Positions 24,398 to 37,539 of a stretch of 56,513 nt of DNA are shown piece after piece. Position numbers and translations under genes: made by a program. The DNA is from Chiloscyllium plagiosum (lineage: Eukaryota), in the NCBI RefSeq assembly GCF_004010195.1, contig NC_057718.1, forward strand, positions 92,088,039 through 92,144,551, written 5' to 3'. Below the pieces are notes generated by a model. It made no database searches and was not told the origin of the DNA. It saw only the letters and a program-made list of their open reading frames with translations. Numbering within the stretch: the stretch's first letter is position 1; each line of letters opens with the position of its first letter.

Positions 24398-25080
24398 TGA
24401 TTTGATTTGATTTATTGTAGTCACATTGTCAAAGAAATTTTCCGGACTCAGACCTTGAGCATTGGCAAATTTCATTGCATGATATAATGGGGAGCACACC
24501 TTTTCCAATCACGGTCTGCTGCTACTCCAAAGTGCTCCCAATCGCCACGGATTTATATATTACAATAGATGCCAAGCTGAGGGTTTCTCAGGACTGTAAA
24601 TAACAAGCTATTGTTTTCAGACCTTGAGTCAATACATACTCCAGATACTCCATTCACCCGTTGATAACATCTGGGTGGGTGCGGTTTTGCTTAGCAGGTG
24701 TCTGCAGTTAAACAATTCAGGAGTTTTGTGGGAAAAGCAGAAGTTATCTGGTTGTTACAGAATTTTCCAACAGGCTAGGGGCCACCAAGGGCAAGGGGCC
24801 AAGCCAGGTGAGAGCAATATTATGGTTGACTAAACTGGCTGCAAACAAGCAGACCAGCAAAAACAGCTTGCACACACATGTACCGAAGTACAGTAAAAAG
24901 TTTTGTTTTGCGAGCAGTACAGGCAGATCATAGCAATAAAGACGTACAGATCATAGGGTGTTCAGACAGAGCAAAGCACACAAGGTGACAACTGCCCAGG
25001 GTGTGCACAAATCAAGATTAACATTAGCCAGATCAACATTATTTGAAGATAGACATGTCCATTCAGCAGTCTAATAACAA
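24398..25080 (-). mobile_element. Rex1/Babar-like non-LTR 3' end, split by a solo LTR
   Basis: The (gattt)n tail plus tttattgtagtcacat joins gtaccgaagtacagtaaaaagttttgttttgc at 24880. Confidence 0.6.
24427..24874 (-). mobile_element. 448-bp solo LTR
   Basis: tgtc...caca termini; 5-bp TSD cacat at 24422-24426 and 24875-24879; minus-strand atataaa at ~24551-24557. Confidence 0.75.
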
Positions 25081-27084
25081 AGAGGATATGGCTTAATTTG
25101 CATTTTAGGATTTGATTCGTTGTTTCAGCCATATGTTAGAGGAAAAGATTGTTATAATAAATATATTTTTGTTTCCTTGTTAATTGATGAAATCTGATCT
25201 GAGTTTCTTTTATCTTTGATAGTGATCACAGATGGACTTTAGCCACCCTAGAGATAAAATTGGTCGTTTCTGGATTTGTAAAGCTTTGTTATCAATGCAT
25301 TTCAACCAGGGCTGTGACATGTTTAATTATGTGTATCTATTAATTCTTCTCTACAATGTGTACAGTTGGTTAAGCTGTGATGTAATGACTGAGGAAGAGA
25401 AACCGAACTTCGACAAGCAGTTTCAAACATGAGAGCAAACATTTTAAAGCATTAAACGAACCTCCTGCATACATTATGGCATCTCTATACATCTCTGAGG
25501 CAAAGAACACAACTGTCTGGGCAGGCATGAGGTCTGATGATAACTTCAATAGGAAGCCAAAGGAGATTGTTTTCTTAGGCTCTATTTCCTTTTCACTGCA
25601 GATTGCAGCAGGATTATGTCACTTGCCTCACACTGGTTGCCTCACCCAGGCACTGAACGATGTAGCATTGGCAAGAAAGTTGAGCTAATTAGGAAATTAA
25701 TGCAAAATTAATTGATTTGTTAATCTTGCCTGATTTACATGCAGTTTCCCACTGTTTTCACCTACAGAATACAAACTAGATGGTGACAATTCCCGACATA
25801 AAAAGCAGGGTGGGTACCTAGGCAATTCCAGACCTTCAGACTGGATACGAGTCACTAATCCCTCAGAGTACTCTCCATGGAGAGTTGCCACCCACTCAAT
25901 CCCATTTCTGGACATTTGCATCATACACGTGCCATCCTTAATGCATCGTTAGGGGACATTTTCGACCCTGTGTTGGTGTGCTGTTTAGAATAGGCAAGAG
26001 ATCAGGCAACCTTCCATGGTTGTCAGCAGTGAACAGTCAAGGGGACAGATATGTTTCTGTGCAGCATTGCGCTACATCAGTCACATACCTGCACCAAGTG
26101 CCTGCTGTGTATGCGGCAACACACAAAACACGTTTTAACCAAACCACTGAAGAGAGCAGTCCTCAATCAATTCAAAGGAGACCGATTTCAGCCAGGGAGT
26201 CCTGGCACATTAAGTCGTGGGTAGACTCCAGTATAAGTTCAGGCTACCTGGACCTCTACAGTCCTCAGAGTGGGCCACAGTCAACTCTGTGGGTTCAGTG
26301 CAACCATCCAGGCATTTGTGGTAAATCAGTTGGGGAGCAGTGTAGACATCAGTCAGGGGTCTGCCCAGCCATGAGTCAGGGCTGTCCATCCAAGTCGGTC
26401 AAAGGGTACACCATGGTCAATCCTGGGAATCCATCCACTAAAAGCCCAGGGGAACCTTCTCATGGGTCACTACTGTTGTAGGGAAGGTGGGGAACGTAAC
26501 TGTAGGGATCAGAAGGAGAATGCTGGGGATGCAGAGGGGATAACAGTTCAGTTATGACTGTAAAATAACAATTAGGATGGAATGTGGAGTTAAGGGCAGA
26601 CCTTCTGTTAATGTAGGTTGTGTTGTTCAGACATGAAGCATTGATGAGCTGCTGTCCAAGTTTGGAGTCAAGTGTGGCATATACGTGAAGTTCAGCAGAT
26701 ATTTGAACCATAAAGTATTGGTGGGGATGGGTGAACTGATGAGATATTTCTCTGGGAACACAGATGTTGGAGTTTGTTGAAACCAATTGGCTGGTTGGGG
26801 GTGGATAGGGGTGTGGGTGGGTGGGGAAGGGGTGTACTTTGGTTGCAGGAAGCAAATGGTATCAAGGGTGGATGACCCATAAAATCCAGAAACATGCTGA
26901 GTTACAGTAACATAAGAAGAGTAGGAGACCATTAGGTTGACAATATTGCTGTATACAGAATTAAATTCTGTTGAGGAACGAGAACCATTTGTAACCGAAT
27001 AACCAACACATCTAATCACAGGCTCAGCCGGAAACAGCAGCAGTGTCCTAGGCTATAGAGGGGCTATAGAAGTGATAGATTAAT

Positions 27085-27600
27085 AGAGTCATAGTGATGT
27101 ATAGCACAGAAACAGACCCTTCAGTCCAACTCATCCATGCTGACCAAATATTCTAAACTGATTTAGTTCCAATTGCCAACATTTGGTCCACATCCCTCTG
27201 TACCCTTCCTATTCATGTACCCATCCAGATGCCTTTTAAATGTTGTAATTGTACCAGTGTCCACCACTTCATCTGGCAGCTCATTCCATACATGCACCAC
27301 TCTCTGTGTGAAAATATTACCCCTTAGGTCCCTTTTGAATCTTTCCCCTCTAACTTTAAACTTATGCCCCTAGTTTTGGACTCCCCTATCCTGGGGAAAA
27401 GACCTTGACTATTTATCTATACATGCCATTCATGATGTTATAAACCTCTATAATGTCACCCCTCAGCCCCCAATGCTTCAGGGAAAACAGCCCCAGCCTA
27501 GTCAGCTTGTCCCTATAGCTCAAATTCTCCAACCCTGGCAAGATCCATGTAAACCTTTTCTGAACCCTGTCAAGTTTCACAAAACCTTTCCTAAAGCAGA
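27085..27600 (-). mobile_element. CR1/HER1 3' fragment
   Basis: Near-identical layout to 12723-13240 (gaaacagacccttcagtccaactcatccatgc...ctcaaattctccaaccctggca). Confidence 0.9.
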
Positions 27601-27978
27601 ATAGAGGCAGCTGAGCAAACTTACCTTAAAACTGACGGAAAGTGGGTTCTCAATGCTGGAGAAAGGCACCACAATATAAAATAGCTGCCATTATCCAACT
27701 CTGAATTTGTAATGTTGCTGCTACAACAACCTATATGAACAGGGAGAGAGTTTGACAAATATTTTGGATGTGAAACTGTCATGATATTTTACCATGCATT
27801 CTGCAAAGAGACTAATGCAGGATGAAGCACATATTGCCTTCCATTCTGAAATTTAGCTCGGGCCACATTTTGGATAGCACTTGTTTCTAACACGGTGTAA
27901 GGCCTTGTTATTATTAATTAGCCATCACAGTCAATACAGAACAAACAAGCTCTTTCTTTACATTCCAGTTTCACACGT

Positions 27979-28085
27979 CTGTGTGTGTGAGTATGTGTGT
28001 GTGTGAGTATGTGTGTGTGTGAATGGGTGAGTGTGTGTGTGTGTGAGTGTGAGTGAGTATGTGTGTGAGTGAGTGTATGTGTGTG
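27979..28085. repeat. (TG)n/(GAGTGT)n compound microsatellite
   Basis: Directly visible. Confidence 0.95.
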
Positions 28086-28999
28086 GCTCCACTTAGTGGT
28101 GGCACTAGCCATAAATGTAACCTAAAATTTAAACAACAGAATAACAAGCAAGATAGAGACACAACATAACAGCTGAACCTTACGGTTTATTTGAGAGCAG
28201 AGGCTGAACATTAGAGTGGGGAATCTCTCGCTTGCTTTTCTTAACAGTAGCATGGGATTGTTCCCACCCACCCAGGGCAGCTAGACTGGGACCTCAACGG
28301 TGGGCCAGAACAAAGGTGGAGTCAGAAGATGCCTCAGTCACGTAGCTATCCCCCAATTTAGAGATGGGGTTGGGGGTGGAAACAGAAAACGTAAGCCAGA
28401 GGATTGAATGAAATTAGGATCTGGAATGGGCCTGAAGCTGTTTTGAGTGTTAACGATAAATGTATGAGTTAAAACAACAAAATAGTTGACTTAGACTATG
28501 TGGTCAGCAGTGTAAGATAACATCAGTCCCTCAATACACTAATATTTGCCATCAGACCTGATGAGGGGATTTGCACTGAAACTATTGATGTTTAATGGGT
28601 CAAAAAGAATGGAGTACCTTCTGCATGGTAACTGGGTCCTGTGTGAGTTTGGTGTGTGATTGTTATCTCAACATTGGTTGGCATCTATTTGCTGGAGCAG
28701 GAGGTTCCAATTTGCAACCTGTCTGCACCTGTGGTCAGTAAATTAGACAGGAGGCCAATTTTTGCATTCCCTCCTCATTTAGCTGACAGTCCAGAGTTGC
28801 TCTCAAAGAACATGTCGAGCTTGCACCTGATCCAACTAGGATCCAGCTCTTAAAGGCAATCTGTCCCTCTTACAGGGAAGCTGCACTGTCAGTGCGCCCG
28901 CTGCCAACAAGGAAAATCGAGTACCGTGGCAGAGAGAAACTTAAAGGACGATAAGCTGACAGGTTCCCAGAACTTGATGATCTACGTGTCAAGGCCTTA

Positions 29000-29440
29000 A
29001 AAAGGCAGCTCTCGAGAGCGTGGATAAACTGGTTGCAGTTTTCCAAACTTTCCCAGATTCTAAAACAGTCCGTGGAAATCAGAAGTTAATAAGTGTCATT
29101 TAGCTTTTTAAAAAATGAGGGAATAAGAAAAGGGAACAAAAGGCAAGTTAATCTGAGGGCAATCGTCAGGAAAATACTGGAACCTACTAATTAGGAATTC
29201 TTAATAACGCACTTGAAAAATAATAATAGATAAAATAATTAAACAATTAGACAAATTTGTCATGGTTTCAAGAGAGGATAATTCTGTTTGACAAATTTAT
29301 TTGTGTTTTTGAATATGTAACTAATAAGGCAGACGCAGAGAACCAGTAGTTATAATATATTTGATTTTCCAAAAGACGTTTGATAAGGACCCACACATAA
29401 GATGTAAGCTAAAGTCTCATGGAGTCAGAAATATAAGCAT
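29000..29440 (+). mobile_element. Highly decayed CR1 RT fragment
   Basis: catggtttc...ttctgtttgacaaatttatt...tttgattttccaaaagacgtttgataagg corresponds to the HGF..SCLTNL...DFQKAFDKVPH region. Confidence 0.65.
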
Positions 29441-29679
29441 AATCTTACATTTTTGACTGTGTCATTTTTGTTCAGTTTCATAGAGTATTACTCCCCGTGA
29501 GTGGAGTGGCATTTCTTACCACGTCTTACCAAATTTGCTTCATTAACCAAATAGCCAACTCTTAGGGCAGTCCTGTTGTTCAATCCTGGACACACTGCAC
29601 CCAGTCATTAACCAACTAGTGCTCTTAATATCGATGGTAGCTGCTGCAGGTTGCTATGTTAGTGATAGATGTTAGTGTG

Positions 29680-32271
29680 TGCAGGCCACCGTTGTGAGAT
29701 CGGGAATGGCATCAAACAGGAAATTAGAGATGCATGCAGTAAGGGAACAGTAGTTCTAATGGATGACTTCAATCTACATATTGATTGGACTCATCAGGTT
29801 TTAATCCCATCAAATTGGCAGCAATGCAAATTGGCAGCAATGCAATGGCGGAGGATTTCCTGGATGTGTGAGGGATGATTTCCTCAACCAATGTCGAGGA
29901 ACTAACTAGAAAGCAAGCCATCCTAGACTGGGAATTGTGTAATGAGAGAGGATTAATTAGCAACCTTGTGGTGCAAGATCTTTTGGGGAAGAACAACCAC
30001 ATTATGAGGGAATTCTTCATTAAGATAGAGAGTAACACAGTTAAATCTGAGACTAGGATCCTAAACTTAAAGAAAACTAACTTTAATGACATGAGGCATG
30101 TATTGGCTCGGATAAGCTGGCCAAGGATATTTAAGGGGTTGACAGTGGATAGGCAAAGGCAAACATTTAGGGAGTGCATGGATGTACTTTAATAATCATA
30201 CATCCCTGTCTGGCATAGGAATAAAATGGCGCAACCATGGTTAACAAGCGAAATCAGGGATAGTGTTAAAGCGAAAGAGGATACATATAAATTGGCCAGA
30301 AAAAGCAGCAAACCTGAGGATTGGGAGAAATTTAAAATTCAACAGAGGAAGATAATGGGTTTAATATAGAAAGGGAAAATAGAATATGAAAGTAAATTTG
30401 CAGAAAACATAAAAACTGACTGCAAAAGCTTCTCAGATAAGTGAAGAGAAAAAGACTAGTGAAGAGACATGGAGGTCCATTAAAGTTAGAATCAGGTGAA
30501 TTTATAATGGACAACAAAGTGATGGCAGACCAGTTGAACAAATAACTTTGTATTGGTCTTCACTAAAGAGAACCACAAAAACTTCTGGAAACGTAATAAA
30601 GAGAACCACAAAAAACCTTCTGGAAACGTAAGGGGACATGGGGTCAAGCATAAAGGAGGAACTGAAGGAAATCCTTATTAGTCATGAAATGGTTTTGGGG
30701 AAATTGATGGGATTAAAACCTGATGAGTCACCAGGGCCTGATGCTCTGTATCCCAGAGTATGTAAGGAAGGGGCCATAGAAATAGCAGATGCATTGATGA
30801 TCATTTTCCAGCATTCTAGAGATTCTGGAAGAGTTCCAATGGATTGGAGGGTAGCTAATGTAACCCCACATTTTAAAAAAGGAGGGCAAGAAAAAAATGG
30901 GGAAATATAGGCCTGACATCAGTGGTGGGGAGAATGCTGGATTCAATTATTAAGGATGCAATAACTGAGCATTTGGAAAGTGGTGACGGAATTGGTCCAA
31001 TTTAGCATCGATTCACCTAAAATCATGCTTGACAAATCTTCTTGAATTTTCTTGAGGATGTGACCAGCAGAGTGGACAAGGTTGAATCAGTAGATGTTGT
31101 GTATTTGGACTTCCAAAAGGCATTTGACAATGATCCACACAAGAGATTATTAAGTAAAATTAAAGCTCATGGTATTGGAGGTAATGTATTGACATGGTTA
31201 GAGAACTGGTTGGCAGATAGGAAACAGAGAGTTGGAATAAATGGGTCCTTTTCAGAGTAGCAGGAAATAACAAGTGGAGTACCACAGGGTTCGGTCCTAG
31301 AACCTCAGCTGTTCACAATATACATTAACAATTTGGATGAAGAAATTGAATGCCATTTCTCCAAATTTGCAGATGACATTAAGCTGGGTGGCAGTATGTG
31401 CTGTGAGGAGGATGGTAAGAGGCCACAGGGTGAGTTGGACAGACTGGCTGAGTGGGCAAATACTTGGCAAATACAATATAATATGGATAAATAAGACATT
31501 ATCTATCATGGTCACAAAACAGGAAGGCAGATTATTATGTGAATGGTGGCAGTTTGGGAAAAGGTGAGGTACCGGGGTGCCATGGTGGAAAAGTTGCTGA
31601 AGGTTAGCTGTAGGTGCAGCAGGCAGTGAGGAAAGTTAATGACATGTTGGCCTTCATAGTGAGAGGATTTGAGTATCAGAATGGGGGTGGCTTGCTGCAG
31701 TTAACAGGACCTTAGTGAGGGCACGCCTTGAGTATTATGTATAGTTTTGGTCTCCTAGTCTGAGGAAGGTCATTCTTGTTATTGAGGGAGTCCAGCGAAG
31801 GTTCACCAACCTGATTCCCGGGATGGCAGGACTGACATATGAAGAAAGACGGGATCAACTGGGCTTGGAATTGAGAAGAATGAGGGGGATCTCATAGAAA
31901 CATGTAAAATCCTGATGGAACTGGACAGGCTAGATGCAGGAAGAATGTTCCCAATGTTGGGCAAACCCAGAACTTGGGGTAACTATCTAAAAATAAGGAG
32001 GAAGCTATTCAGGACTGAGATGAGGAAGAATTTCTTCACTCAGAGAGTTGTGAACCTGTGGAATTCTCTCCCACAGAAAGCTGTTGGGGCAAGTTTGTTC
32101 GATATATTCGGGAGAGAGCTGGATGTGGCCCTCGTAGCTAAAGGGGTCAAGGGGTATGGGGAGAAAGTGGGAATGGGCTACTGAGATTGCATGATCAGCC
32201 ATGATCATATTGAATGGTGGGGCAGAATGGCTGAATGGCCTATTCTTGCATCTATTCTCTATGTTCCTATG
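29680..32271 (+). mobile_element. 2.6-kb CR1 LINE: ORF2 pseudogene (APE endonuclease, RT) plus 3' UTR
   Basis: MDDFNLHIDW and AILDWELCNE (APE); SPGPDALYPRV, VPMDWRVANVTP, VDVVYLDFQKAFD, GVPQGSVL and KFADDIK (RT); RKNFFTQRVVNLWNSLP; tail tctatgttcctatg; many stops and frameshifts. Confidence 0.93.
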
Positions 32272-33222
32272 CAGAATGTGTTGGTTAGGATAAAGTAGGA
32301 AAGAAAGAAGACAACCTGGGTTGAAGGAACCTACGTGTGTCTCTGTTGCCTCTCGTCTTGGCATTGACTCAGCTCATCACCTTCAACTTGAGGAGAGCAG
32401 ATATGTCCTTGTCTAGAGTTGGCCTCCTCCTCAAATTGTATGTGATGTTATCCTCCAAGTAAAAAAGGAATTGCGTTTGTGGCAGTCTTGTTTTTTGTTT
32501 AAAAGTTGTAACTGCACTGGTCAAATCGTTTGGATGCAGTTTGTAAAGTTTGAGGTGCAGTGAAGTGATCACAAGAGTGCACTGTTTACCTTGACAGCTC
32601 TGGTAAAATCATTCAACTCGTTTCAAAATTACAGATAATACTTGGGGGCTGAGTGACCTTTTTCCCACTTGTGTTGGAAGAGTGATTCCAAGGTTCCATG
32701 TGCCCTTTCCATGGCCCAATGTTGGGCAAGTCCAGGAATTGCCCAATGTGAATTTCCTTCTTCTGTCCATTACCTAGAACAGACCTTCCTCATTTGAGTA
32801 CCTGGACACCTTCAGTCAAATTATTTCTAATTGGGAAGTTTTCTTGATTTTATAATTGGTGCATACCTCCATTTTAAAAGGCAACAGAGAAAGCCAATTT
32901 TCTGATCCTTCAAGTGAGTGTGAAGTAAATGAATAACATGGATAGGATGGGCCACACCCCAAATCATTTTAATAAATTATCAGTAACAAATTAATATGAT
33001 TCAGAGACCATTTGAAAGGACAAGTGCCTAAACCTTACATGCCTCTTTTACAAGTGTAATAAGTTTCTAGATCAAAGTTAGTTTTAACTTTCAATATAGT
33101 TGTTGAATTAGTCATTGGAGCAGATTTCTTTTAGAATTCTGTTTGGAAATTAAATTTTCCATATATATTTACAAAATGTGTGTGTACAAAGCACACTACC
33201 CTGTGTTTAAAAGCAACACTTT

Positions 33223-33240
33223 TGCCAGCAGGTGGCAGTG
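33223..33240 (+). promoter_or_regulatory. Candidate CTCF-binding motif
   Basis: tgCCAGCAGGTGGCAGtg matches the CCASYAGRKGGCRS consensus and lies outside recognisable repeats. Confidence 0.45.
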
Positions 33241-35844
33241 TTTACCAGCAAATGAGGGCAAACTTTATTGGCAGTCACATGTTTGACAGCCCTCTTTCCA
33301 GTCTCTCAGACTCAGCTGAACATTACAGAGAGCTGAACGTCAGAACTACAGGTGCTCTACTGTAACGTTCTATTCTTCCATTGAACATATGTGTACTTAA
33401 TTTCAAAGTTTGCATTATCATAGAGGTAAAGATTGCATACATTATTCCAGCACTGCTGAAACACGTATACACAACTTTAACTCTTATTGGTCCATCATTA
33501 ATAGCCTCGCCTTCAGTTGTCTGGGCCCAAAGAATTCTCTCCTTACACCTCTCTGTCTCTCTACCTCACTTGTCTCTTTAAAACAGTTCACAAAAGCTTT
33601 CTCTTTGACAAAGCTTTTGATCATCAAATCTAACATCTCCTAGAATGATTCAGTGTTAGCTTTGCTTTATGATATTATTACGTGATATCAAAGGTGCTAT
33701 GGAAATATGCCATTAGTTTTGGCTATAAGCACAAAAGGCAACAAACTCCAAATGCTCAGAATCTGAAACCAATTTTGGAGATGCTGCAACCACTCAATAG
33801 ATCAGGTAATATCGGTAAAAGTACATTTTGAATTGTCAACCCATTACACATGTCCAGCTGTTTTACTGGAAATCAGAGTGAATGATTTTAAAATATAATC
33901 ATTGATGGATTCCTGAGGATGACAAAAGTAATATGTTGAGATCACATTTTAAATATTCTACCAGCTATAATAGAGTCAAAGCATTAAGGTGTTGGCAAAA
34001 GCTGGTATATAATGAAACCTCAGCATTTAGTGGAAATATGTACAAATATGGGTATTGAAAAGCAAAGAATGCTACTATACATTGGAAATTAGAAATAGGA
34101 GATGCTCATAACACAAAGCACAGTGTAGAAAATGATGTTACTGAACTGACAGTATATTAGATTTGTAAGAATAATCTTTTTATTACGATAAACATTTCTC
34201 AGCATAATTGTAATTACTCCAGCCAATCTCTTGTAATGATATACACAAAGAATTAACGTTAATTGTAATCAGGTGAAGTAAGGTTGGATGGTTGGTGTCA
34301 ATTAGATATACTGATGTAATCCAGCCCCTATTGTAATATAATACATTTTGTCCTTGCTTCATATAGCATATTGATTTAATATTAAACAATAACCATTTGC
34401 ATTTAAACAGCACCATTAATATTAAGAACGTGATGCAAGGCACTTCACAAGTGTGTAATAGAGTAAAACAAACAATGCCAGGAGTTTGCAATCTTCCCAG
34501 AATAACTTCAACAAAATCCCTAGTGTTTTGCATGACTGATTATTTCTCTAAGGTTGCTGCTTGTCCTCTGCCAGAGGAGAGAGGGAGCTTCCAAAACCCC
34601 ACAAGGACATTCTAGCCCATTGTATCTAGGTCATGTGGCAATTTCTTCAGGAAGAGTGTGAAAACCACAGGAAGGGCATAGAGGAGATTCACTGCTAGGT
34701 GATCTGACATTGGAGTATTGGTTATGAGGAAACATCAGAACAGAGTGGATGAAGGAATAGTTTACATGGGATGTTGCAAATTATGACCCCAAATATCTTA
34801 AAGTGTCAGCAATAGTGTTATGACTTTGATGGGAAATCAGACCTCACTACCCACTATGTGTACTGAAAATATAAACATTTTACTTTGTGAGCAAACTAGT
34901 CATTTTGTTTCTCTGCATTACTGCTAATAATCTCAAAAAACTTGCTTATTAAGAATAAACTCCTTCAAATGTCATTAAAATAAGAATTTACACCCACTTA
35001 AACTATATCCCCCCTTAACCCTAACACATATGTCTTTGTAAACACACAGGATAAGATGACAAAGCTCTGGAGAGTATGACAGTTGGGAAAAATGGCAGAA
35101 AGGAATAATGCCACCACAGGTTTGAGTGCAGGATATGGGGTCTCAGCCACCCCAACCTCACAAAGCACTAACTCAGCCTTCTGTCTGTGCTGCTACCATA
35201 CTCCCTTACTCGCATCTCCACCAGCGTGCCACCTGCTTTCACCTTACCCAATCCCTCCCTATCTCTCATTCCATAGCAGGGCAGTAAAATACCATACGGG
35301 TGGTGGGGGATGGGAGCAGGGGAAGGGGAGGGAGGGCACTGTGAGGGTCGGGGTGGGGGGAGTGTGGGAGGTGCCTGATAGTCAGCTGCTCATGTCTCGG
35401 TCCACTCCCTTCCCCAGAAAGAGAGAATGCTGAGCCTTGCAGGCCAGGACAAGAATCGCTCTTGCTGGGCTATTGAGACAACCAAGGGCAGCCAGAAATG
35501 TGTTATAAATGCTAGTGTTGCCAGTGACACCCACATGCCATGAAAAGAAGAAGCAAAATCAAATTCTATCATTTACTTGAGGACACTTGCTGTGATGTTG
35601 CACAGAAGTGACAGGTAAGCATAACATAAAGGATCTCATGTTGCTGCATCCAGAGTTTGTTAAGGAGTGAAAGATCATTTTCCACTAAGTTGATGCCCTT
35701 TAAGAAGTTGCCTCCCAGCCCATTAACAATTTTGAAGGACATGTAGAGTTTAGAAAATGCTTAGAAAATACCTCTCCACTCTTCTAATTGGACTAGTTTG
35801 TGTGCTTTATTTAAATGACAGTCTTTTTTTAACTGAAATCGATA

Positions 35845-36280
35845 TTTCTGGAGATGAAATGGAAACAGGAGGCTATCAAGCATCTTAAACCTATTCTGTC
35901 ATTCAATAACATCATAGCTGAGATGTAACCTATCTCCGTATACTAATCTTTACACCTCACCCCTTAATGGCTTTGCATTACAAAAATCTATCAATCTCAA
36001 ACTTAAAATTAGATGCTAATCTAGCATTAATTGCTTTTTGTGGAAGAGAATTCCAAGTTTCAATCACCTTTAGTGTGTCAAAGTGTTTCAGAATTTTATC
36101 TCTCAAGAAGCTCGCTTTGATGAGTGGAGTTAGTTTCTCTCTATCTACCTTATTAATTCATCTGAATAAACTTTAATCAAATCAGCTTTTAATCTTCTAA
36201 ATTCCTGGGAACACAATCTTAGTTTCTGTAATCTCTCCTTGTAATTTAACCCGTGGAGTGCAGGTATTATTTTAGTAAAT
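35845..36280 (-). mobile_element. Old CR1 3' fragment
   Basis: aaaaatctatcaatctca...tggaagagaattccaag...ctttaatcttctaaattcc. Confidence 0.65.
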
Positions 36281-36779
36281 CTGACTCATGAAAGAATGGA
36301 TTGCCAGAATCCTCCCTGGGCTTCTCACATGTAGAGGGTCTTCCTGAACTGTATTTAAAGGAAATGCTACAAGAGGCAACTGGCATCAGAAGCTGTGGAA
36401 AGGAATGGGAAGAGGAATATGGGATTCCAAAGCATTGAAAGGTTTTGGATGTGACTTGGTGTTGATCGTTTATTTTTCTGAGCGACTGATTGTTGGCTTT
36501 CCTGGCAAGTGGGAGAACTCAATTTTTAACAGGGTAGTTTTGGGGATAATTTGTGGCTGGGCACGGGAGGAAGGCATCTATATCATAGGACCTGCATCTT
36601 CAAAGTTCCATTGTCAAATAAAGGATCCTGAAAAATAAATGGCAGCTCATTTAGAGCTGCGTGTTCGTCTTGGACCAAGGCTTAAAGATGCCTTAAAATT
36701 ACTTCCTGAGGGTAATAAAAGCAGCTCATTTTAGTCTGGAACAGTGGTTACAATAACGATATTATTTAATCAACTTCTT

Positions 36780-37142
36780 AGAATTGTAGAATCCCTACAG
36801 TGTGGCAAAAGGCCATTCAACCCATCGAGTTTGCACTGACCCTCCAAAGAGCATTCCACCCAGACCCACTCCTGTACCCTACCCTATCAGTGGGGCACAT
36901 GCACAGTAAGCATTTATCATGTAACCCTGCATTTCCCATGGCTAACCCACCTAGCCTGCACATCCCTGTACACTATAGGGCAATTCTACCTAACCTGAAC
37001 ATCTTTGGACTGTGGGAAGAAACCCACACAGACATAGGGAGAACGTGCCAACTCCACACAAACAGTCACCCAAGGCTGGAATCGAACCTCAGTCCTTGGC
37101 ACTGGGAGGCAGCAGTGCTAACCACTGAGCCACCTTGCTGCC
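36780..37142 (-). mobile_element. HE1-like SINE
   Basis: agaatccctacagtgtgg tail through ggcagcagtgctaaccactgagccacc head. Confidence 0.9.
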
Positions 37143-37416
37143 CTATTCACCCCTGACTTTGAAGAAGAGAATTCTAAAGACTCGGGACCCTTTGTGAGAA
37201 GCAAAAATTGTTCTTGTGTTTCTATCGTAGATGTGCAACCCCTTACATAACAGACAGTGTTTGCTGACACAGTAGCACATACAGTGGCAGTGAAATCTCT
37301 GAATTAAATTGAAATAAAGGGTGATAAAAACTTTACAAATGTCAAAAAAAATGCAGTGTATCAGAGAAGAGAAAATACATAATCAAAGTAGAAATATTTT
37401 CAACTTTTGAAAATTG

Positions 37417-37539
37417 GATGAAGGGCTTATGCCCGAAACATCGATTCTCCTGCTCCTCGGATGCTGCCTGACTTGCTGTGCTTTTCCAGCACCACACTCT
37501 TGACTCTGATCTCCAGCATCTGCAATCCTCACTTTCTCC
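37417..37539 (+). mobile_element. Penelope-like terminal repeat (family A) starting inside the hammerhead core
   Basis: gatga-agggc-ttat-gccc-gaaa-ca-tc-gattctcctgctcctcggatgctgcc. Confidence 0.85.

Noticed and set aside
25978..27019. ORFs of 130-167 aa as host exons
   Set aside because: No recognisable domain, overlapping ORFs on both strands and no convincing splice context; part of it resembles a decayed repeat.
28087..28108. CTCF-like ccacttagtggtggcacta
   Set aside because: The core spacing does not fit the consensus and the site abuts a microsatellite.
27918..28162. His/Thr-rich ORFs
   Set aside because: They are translations of the TG microsatellite.
36290..36640. Possible minus-strand exon after tttttcag at ~36630
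   Set aside because: All three frames stop within 15 codons.
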